NCBI GenBank assembly: GCA_012295275.1
Contig: CM022676.1
Span: 10,416,001 to 10,480,000, forward strand
Length of the DNA stretch: 64,000 nucleotides
Source of the DNA: Chrysomallon squamiferum
Taxonomy: Eukaryota > Animalia > Mollusca
Reading direction: 5' to 3'
Made by a program: the position numbers and the translations under genes. Shown here piece by piece: positions 49,989 to 64,000 of this stretch (the stretch's first letter is position 1; each line of letters begins with the position of its first letter). The notes beneath the pieces are model-generated. The model searched no databases and had not been told where the DNA came from. It worked only from the letters and a program-made list of their open reading frames with translations.

Positions 49989-51009
49989 GTCTGTCTTAAT
50001 ATATCTATATAATTATATCTGTCAATCTATCTATCAGTCTGTTTTTCTGTCTCTCTCTCTTTCTTTATTTTTGGTCTGTATATCGTTCTGTCTATCTGTC
50101 TATCTATCTATTTATACATCTGTGAATTTCTCTGCCTACCTGTTTGTCTATTTATCTATATCTCTATCTACCTATCTATCTGACTCTCTGCTGTCATCTG
50201 CCTGCATTGAGTATTTTTCGGTCTGTCTGTCTATTTACAATAAAAAAAACCTCACATGTTCACCTTGATCTTGTTCCACTTTCTATCTATATATGCATCT
50301 ATTTATCTAGGTAGATAAATAGATAGATAGATGTAGATACATAGATGTAGATAGAGAGACCGACACATGAGAGGGTAGGACAATATGTAGATACACAGGC
50401 TGACATAACCTATATTTGTGTAGGTACATATACAGATAGAGATAGCTAGATAGTGGATAGAAAGAATAGAAGAATAGACACATAGACAGATAGATGGATT
50501 GATAGAAAAAACAACTAGCTAACTAGATAGATGATAGCTATTTAAGTAGGTAGTTGGAAAAAAGATAGATAGGTAGATAGATATAAAGCTAGATAGATAG
50601 ATGGATTGATAGATTAATAAATTGCTATGTGAATAGTTAAGTATACAGATAGGTAGAAATATATAGATACCAACATAGATATAAACATACATAAAATGTC
50701 ATGAAATAAGTTACTTACTTGTCACATGTGTATATTTGCTGTATATAACAATGTAAAAAATAACACTGAGAAATAGATAAATGCTTTCACTCATACATGG
50801 TCATTTCATGGAATGTGTGTACATTAAAAATACCAACTTACATAATCAAAGACAACATAGCTTGACACAAAAAGTTAATATGAAGGAACATATTTAGTGT
50901 TATTTTAAATGAGTTTTTTTCCAAAGTTTAATTTCCTTTTGTTATCTGTGTTAAAGAAAATAACAAATCTTATTCAAATTAATTAATAAATAATAAGTAA
51001 ATAAATGAA

Positions 51010-51040
<31 letters not shown>

Positions 51041-52246
51041 AATAATCAAGTTCTGTATTTTAACATGTGACTGAATGTCTTAATATTTATAATTATACAG
51101 TATTAGAATAAAATGTTATGATCTTGTTTTCCAAAAATGTTATCATCTTGTATTTATATGTGTATGTACTTAATGTATAGAATGTATTTATATGTGAATG
51201 TTTTTTGCTCCTATATATCTATATGTGTGTGTGTTTGTATTTATGTGTTTGTTTTCATTGACCTTTTCCAAATACAATACATCACAATGTGTGCTGGTTG
51301 AAACAGTTTCAGATTTTGCAATTTTTGATAAAGTAAACTCACACCCCGGGTTTGTAAACTAATATAATCGTCATTCATTAGAACAACAAGAACAATAATA
51401 ATAATGATGATGATGATAATAATAACAATAATTAAAATAATAATAACCAATATCATAATAATAATAAATAAAAAATAAATAAATGGAATAAATAAATAAA
51501 CAGAAATCAGATACACAAGATGTCAATCGAGTTATTTGAAGACTTGTCAGAAATCTATAATCTAGACTTACTAATGAATATTTTTTTTCGCTGTGTGGTG
51601 CCAATGGACCAATAGTCGAAAGATCCGCAGTGTACAGACGATGTTTCTTTCAGCTATAAGTAAGAAGTTGGCAGGACGTGACTGATGTGTATATAATTAA
51701 ACCACTATGCCAATATGTCAGTGTAGACTGTATGCTTCCGAAGGAATTGAGGTATCTTCGACCGGAAAAGGTCGTAGTCAGGGAATTAATCAATTGTGCC
51801 CTTTGAGCATGCGCTGTGCATGGAATGTTGCACTATTTAAGTGTCTCATACAACAACAAAACAATTTCTGCGATGGACACGCCCGCTGACCTGTCAGAAA
51901 GCGTGTCCGTCGTAGACGTGCTTCACAACAGCTTGCTCTGATTAGCACGTTCATTTTTTTCACTTCACAACAACAATAATAATAATTTGTCGTATCATCC
52001 AAAAATTCGTATTACTATGCATTTTCTGTTTCATAAAATATAACAGCTGATCAAACAGAGACTAAATTTCACCAACGGTTTATCAATTAACATTTTTAAA
52101 TTAAAGGAATGGACATTAACAAAATAATATTAAAAAATAAATAAATAAAAGTTATGAAAAGTTTCATAAGCATCATATTTCTTTGTTTCTTTATTATTAT
52201 TATTATTATAACTAATATATATATATTTTTTTTTTTTTGGCCCTCT

Positions 52247-52285
52247 CCGGAAGTGAAAGTTCATTAGTCAAGGCGACACTTCCGG
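52247..52285. promoter_or_regulatory. Inverted pair of ETS-type sites upstream of G8
   Basis: CCGGAAGTG (52247-52255) and CACTTCCGG (52277-52285), followed by several ACGTCA/TGACGT half sites, about 200 bp before the ATG. Confidence 0.5.
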
Positions 52286-52479
52286 TTGACTTAACGTCAT
52301 GAAAATCAGACGTCATAGCTTGCCCACTTTCTGACGTGTTGGTTGGTTGATAAAAGAGCAAAGCCGAAAATAGAGCGTTAATCGGAAGGTCATGTTGTTA
52401 TGAATTCCGTTTCATGTAACTAAATCAAACAGTATGCAGTAGTTATTGTTTAACTGAAAAATCATATTTTAAACAAAAA

Positions 52480-57816
<5,337 letters not shown>

Positions 57817-58414
57817 AACAAGATGGTGGACAGTAGAAAGTTAGAAGATGAAAAACATTTTAGAAATCTGTATTATATAATTATCTTTATATATTGTTAT
57901 CAATCCCATACAAATTTAACATGTTTCTGCATGTATCAAAGATACAGTTTTGTAACTAAAACAAATTGTTTAAAAAAAAAAAATAAATAAGTTACTGGCA
58001 GTTTAAAAGTACAAGATAAATAAAAAAGCACAAATTGAAAATGAATGAGAGAACAAAATAAAATAGTACAACTGCATATCTATATATTTATATATAACTA
58101 TCTATTGATCTGTCTAGACATAGACATACATACATACACACATACATTACATACATATATAATATTAATAGACAGATAGATAAATAAATAAATAGATGTA
58201 GATACATACAGATACTGATAGAATTAATAAAAATAATATTAATTAAAGGTGGACATAAGACACTTGAAACAATAAATTCATAATGCACAACTTTAGCTTT
58301 TACAAACGATTAATATCTATCAGTTTCTTTATTTTTTTATTAAAGTAACAATTAAAACTCTTGAAAGCATATGTGCATGCTTATCATTTGCATTTTGCTT
58401 TGTTTCATGTGTTG

Positions 58415-58464
<50 letters not shown>

Positions 58465-58984
58465 AGTCTGCATAAAACTGATAATTGAAATATAGCCTTA
58501 GAATTATGTATCTGTTTATGTCTGGAAGTGTAGAAAATAAACTTCTAAAACCTCCACAGGAGTGACAGACAACTTAGCATGTTTCTATGAAACAAAGAAT
58601 TGACGTCCAAGGTCACTTAACTGTTGACACCCTCTTGAATTTTAAACTTCGATGTACAAAATTATTTCTGTTCTCTGTTGTAATTTGTAACAATATTTAC
58701 TTTAATTTTCTTTTTGTCCCACTTAATTCTTCTTCTTATTATTATTATTATTGTTATTATGATTTATTTATTTATTTATTTATTTTTCCACACTGTAACT
58801 TTTCATTGTGATTTCCCCAGGTTGTATAAAATACGTATGTATATAATTGCTGTTATCTTACATTTTTTTTTTTTTATTTATCCCAATTTTTTCTGGTTTG
58901 TTGAATTCCAAATAAAGTTGAATAAACTATCAGTCTTTTCGTTTTCATTTATACTTTTACTACTATTACTATTTATTATTTTTA

Positions 58985-59018
<34 letters not shown>

Positions 59019-59020
59019 CA

Positions 59021-59094
<74 letters not shown>

Positions 59095-59442
59095 GCTGCT
59101 ACTGATGATGATGATAATAATAATAATAATAAATCTGAAAAGTGGAATGATATAATATATTCTGTAACTAATAGAAATGCCGGAGAAAATCTGTAAAATC
59201 TCTACCGATATAGTCCACATATTTTTACCTATAGCTAAAAACAACCAATTCGTATTTTAGGCGATAACCTTTTCCGCGAATTAGCCCTTTCCATTGATGA
59301 CGTAAACAACAGTGCTGAATGCGTCACGCCATGTCTTCTTGTGACAGAAATTCGATTACCACGATAAAATCTCGTTTCTTACTTTATTTTGCCTGAGTCC
59401 CTATTTTTTGTTCTTTTATTAATGGAATTTTATCCTGTCTAA

Positions 59443-60589
59443 ATGGTGGCCACATTTCTTCAGTTTTCAGCTGTCTGGAGTTTTTCGTTCTGTTGGTTAG
59501 TTTTCGTAGACGGTAAGTTCTACCAAAAAGATAATCAATTGGAAAGTTTTGTAGTTATGAAATAAAAACGGAATTTACATCATAAATTATCTGTCCATTT
59601 GTAATTTCGTCCTGAAACAATTGAAAACTAAAATTCTAAATAAAACTAATTTGGTAAGGCGTAGATCATTAATGTTTATTAACAGATGTCATAAACTGTA
59701 AATCGCAGATTAAATTTAATAAATTATTTACAAATTTAGTCTTGTAATTGTTAAATTTTCAAAATAATCTCTGCAAGTATTCAGTACTGTACTGTATAAA
59801 TATTATCAGAGTTTCTTTTTCTTTCTTTCTTTTTAGATTAAAATGGAAATTGCTGTGTTTGATTCAGAAATTAACTGATAGTGAAAATTTAATTTTAATG
59901 AGAGCAAGTTATAATTCGTCTAAAAACCAAATAAATAAATAAAATAAATAAAATAATCAATTCCATCCACACACACACACACATATATATACACCCACAC
60001 TCAGGCACACACTAACACACACATACACATATATACAAATAAATAAACCTGTAAAAATTTGACACAAAGTATATATGTGTGTGTGTTTTTTAAAATGTCA
60101 TTTTTTTATTCCTACAGAAATATACCTTTGGTGAAGGCATAACCATCAACGTACCACTAAAACATGGTTACATTGGTAACCAACCTTTAACTCTTGAATG
60201 TGAATTCTCTGCAGATGGAAATGAAATGATAAAAGAAGTGAAATGGCTGCGAAAAAGAAAAGGAGAAGGAGAATACACGTTGCTTGCTGTCAACAAGGTT
60301 GGTCAATCTGCCACCATCGTGACTGACAAAGATACAAGTCTGCTGCAGAGGCTGGCCGCCGTCTCAGACAGCAAGTCGCTCAATTTGATGTTTAAAAAAG
60401 TGTTTTGTTCTGACAAGGCTGTCTATAAGTGTGCAGTGTCTTACATAAAAATGGCTGACGGTTCAGATGACGAAGAGTCTGACTCCATTCCACTCATTCT
60501 TGATGGTAATTTCTTCTTTTTTTTTGTTCTTTTTTTGTATGTGTTTTTCTGTGTGTTTCTGTGTGCATGTGCATGTATGTGTGTCTGTC

Positions 60590-60626
<37 letters not shown>

Positions 60627-62189
60627 AAACTATTGGTATATGAGTGTATATGCAATAACACATTTGCTTGGCATCACCAAAACAATTCAGTTTTGAAAAA
60701 CTGATATGTAAATTTATGTTTTCTCATGTGATTGCTTTCTCATTTAACTGATTTCTCATGTCACTGTTTACACATATGACTGCATTCTAAGTAAACTAAA
60801 GTTTCAGATTAAAGACTGAAAACTGACTGACAATCCCTGCACCTAAAATGAGCCTGTTTTGTTATGAGTGTATGCATGTATGTGAGAGTATGTGTGTGTG
60901 TGAGTGTGAATATGTTTGTGTGTGTATGTGTCTCTATGTGTCTGTATAAGTGTGTTTGTACATGTGTTTGGGTGTGTCTTGGTGGGAATGTGTGTGTGTG
61001 TATGTATATGTGGTTATTGTATCATGTTTTGCAACACATCGTATGCACATTATATTCATTATTAACTTATTTTTTTAATTATTTTTTTACACATATTCAT
61101 TCGATTTTTACTATTGTGTTATCATTTCCATTTTAAAAATCATTTAAAACTCTTCTTCTTCTTCTTTTTGTCCCATTTTTTTTTTTTTTTTTTTTTTTTA
61201 AAAACATTTCTCTTAAGTCTTCTGCTACTTTTTCTCTTTTCCTCCCAGCTACTGCTCAAAAGCCCTACCAGCTCACAGTGGAGCCAAACCAAAAGTTCTT
61301 CGTGGAAGACACTCGTGTTGTTTTCACGTGCGTGGGAATTATCGGCAGACCCCCGGGAAAGCTGTCCTGGTTTTACGTGGACAGCAATCACAGTGAGCAG
61401 AGAGTACTGAAGTGGGTGGTGCACAGAGACCCTGTCCTGGCCGGTGGGGATCTGTCCTGCACCTACCAGCAGTCGAGCACGCTGACGATGGTTCTCGGTG
61501 AGAAGGACAATGGGGCGTCGGTCAGATGCAAGGCTCTGCAGGCCGGGGAGGAGACGTCTGAAGGGTGTTTGCAGACGTGTCTGCAGTCTAACCCGCTCTC
61601 TGTCCTTTGTGAGTATTTCATCAGACACACAGACAGACAGACAGACAGACTGACATACAGACAGACAAACAGATTGGTAGATAGAAAGACAGACAGACAG
61701 ACAGATTGGTAGATAGACATACAGACACACAGACAGACAGATTGGTAGACAGACAGATAGACAGACAAGCAGACAGACAGGTAGGTAGGTAGATTGACTG
61801 GTGGATATGTAGGTAGTTAATTAGATATGTAGATATATAGACAGCTGTGGATAGATAGATAGAAAGATATAGACGAGTAGATAAATATAGGAAGATATAA
61901 ACAGAGATGTAAATATATAGAGACAGATATGTGTGTGTTTGTGTGTGTGATTAAATTACACACACGACACACACACATATACTTTCATAAATACCTACCT
62001 ACATAAATACATATCTACATACCTCTTTCTCTCTGTGTTTCTTTCTTTATATATATATATATATATATGTATGTATATATGTATGCATATAAACACTAAC
62101 ACACATACACACATACATACATATACTTTCATAAATACCTACCTACGTAAATACATATCTATATACCTCTCTCTCTCTCTTTCTCTCTT

Positions 62190-62235
<46 letters not shown>

Positions 62236-63715
62236 CATATACACACTAACACACAACCAAACACACACACACATATCCCTTCTACACGTGAATACTTTAC
62301 TTAATTCTTCTTCTTCTTCTTCTTTGTTCTAGCTACGTCTGGGTATTTCTCAGGCCCGTGGTATTCACCTGGAGCTGAAGGAGGCAAGTTAGCATTATTC
62401 TCTCTCTTCTCCTCAACACTCGCGTTCAGAAATGTTTAAAACTGTTTTTCTGTTTCGTCTTGTGCATAACACACAGTGCTGCGACAGATAAAACACTGTT
62501 AACCACACAGGTTACGTAATCACAAGAGTTCTTTTAGTGCTGTGTTCCCAAAAACATAAAGACACATAGAAAGACACATAGAAATACACAATATAAATAC
62601 ACACACACACACAAACACAATATATATATATATATATAAAAAGTTTATTATTGGTTAGTACTCGTAAACATGCACATTTGTTGCTGTTTATTGTACCTAA
62701 TACAACCAGGATAATATAATGTTAATGGGAAGGCACATAAAAAAGATTACTTATTGCTAAAAAAGACTAATCCATTGAGATGAGGTACTAAGTTTCTTCT
62801 TTATAATACAATAATTATAAAAAAAATATAAAAAATAATAATAATAATAATAGTATTAATGATAATGATAATAATAATAATGTTTGACATCTTATACTTA
62901 TTAACATTAAACTGATTCATATTAAAATGTGTCAAATTTAAAAAAAAGGAAAATCTTCATTCATATTTAATTCACATATTTACATTTTTCTGGCTATAAT
63001 CATTAATACTAAAAAGTATTGGAATGTTTTTATTCATTCATTCATTCACAATTTTGCATCACATTCAAATTTCAGATTATGATGTTGCTGCAGTTGCCAT
63101 TGTCTGTGTAGTGTTGGTTATTGCTGCTTTTATGGTATGGTCAGCTTATGTCTTTTATAAAAAAAATGAACAAGGTAGGTGTGGTTGATTAGAATAAAGT
63201 TTTTAAGGATATTTTAGATTTTGTTTTGCTAACTTGCCAAAAAAAAAAAAAAAAAAAAAAAAAACAATCAAACTATATGATGTATTTTAGAAATAAATTA
63301 ATAAGTAAACAAGCAAAAACAAAACAAATAAAAACAAACAATAAAGTAGTAAAGTTGTCAGTAATAAATAAATAAATAAATAAATAAATAAACAAAAAGA
63401 ATAAAATAAATAAATAAATATTTTATTTTATTTATTATTAATTTTTTGTTATTGTTTTAAATTTAGACATCTGAAAATTTAAATTTATTCATTTTTAAAT
63501 TTTTAACTTTTTTTTTTTTACCAGTAGTGTAGTTCTCTTCTTTTTCTACTTCTTCTTTTTCTTCTTCTTCTTCTTCTTCTTATTATTATTACATGTAATG
63601 TTATTGTTACCGTCATCATCATCAATATTATTAATTGTTTAATAATTTATTTATTTATTTATTTATTCATTTTTAATTAATTTATTAATTAATTAACTTT
63701 TTTTTGCTTTGTTTT

Positions 63716-63746
<31 letters not shown>

Positions 63747-63804
63747 TTTTCCAGCTGGAGATGATAGTTCTGTTAAATACGGCGAATTTGACTCTCCGGT
63801 ATAA
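59443..63804 (+). CDS. G9: V-C2 Ig receptor with Tyr-motif tail (exons 59443-59512, 60118-60505, 61249-61608, 62333-62383, 63076-63174, 63755-63798/63804)
   Basis: Leader MVATFLQFSAVWSFSFCWLVFVD|gtaagt. The V exon is 388 nt, with one extra A at the acceptor. TM VAAVAIVCVVLVIAAFMVWSAYVFY; tail AGDDSSVKYGEFDSP(V-stop), which may continue beyond the window. Confidence 0.75.
60118..60505 (+). CDS. G9 V-type Ig exon
   Basis: LTLECEF...EVKWLRKRK...LMFKKVFCSDKAVYKCAV. Confidence 0.87.
61249..61608 (+). CDS. G9 C2-type Ig exon
   Basis: 360 nt; FTCVGIIGRPPGKLSWF...SCTYQQSSTL...DNGASVRCKA...CLQTC, donor |gtgagt. Confidence 0.9.
63076..63174 (+). CDS. G9 TM exon
   Basis: 99 nt, tttcag|...|gtaggt. Confidence 0.8.
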
Positions 63805-64000
63805 CATGATACACAAAACATTTCAAACCTGAGATTTTTGTCTTGAATTTTGTTGGGTTGAGGTGGGATTTGGGTTGAGTGGGTTGTGAACCTCTACAGT
63901 TACATATTGAACAGAAATTTTTATCTGTGTTGATCACTTTATAGACATCTTCATTAAGTAACACCAAAAATATATTCTTCTTATTTCCAATTTATTTATT

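Noticed and set aside
51590-51960. GC/CpG-richer island upstream of G8
   Set aside because: No Ig motif, splice-bounded frame or TIR was recognised. It could be an enhancer or an old repeat, but this is unsupported.

Overview
AT-rich, microsatellite-dense animal genomic DNA with GT-AG introns. The repeat landscape and Ig-domain style resemble a mollusc, possibly an octopod cephalopod (inference only). Nearly all long ORFs in the six-frame track are simple-repeat translations. Manual splicing shows the window is a tandem cluster of nine related single-pass membrane-protein genes, here called G1-G9. Eight carry Ig exons (G1 is cut by the window edge). Their plan is: leader exon, V-type Ig exon, C2-type Ig exon, short stalk exon(s), TM exon, cytoplasmic micro-exons, with phase-1 introns throughout the ectodomain. 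The paralogs are very divergent but keep a non-canonical cysteine pattern. G5 has no Ig exon and instead has three tandem Thr/Ser/Lys/Glu-rich mucin-like exons. G4, G5, G8 and G9 share a cytoplasmic micro-exon encoding [ILVS]xYxxF[DE], whereas G2 and G3 are almost tailless. G4 has five tandem N-glycosylated stalk mini-exons. Two pairs are head-to-head about 1 kb apart, and ETS/CRE-like motifs recur upstream of the leaders. G6 and G9 each show a 1-bp homopolymer indel. A deleted Tigger/pogo element, MITE-like elements and minisatellites are also present. All gene models are hand-spliced predictions without transcript evidence.
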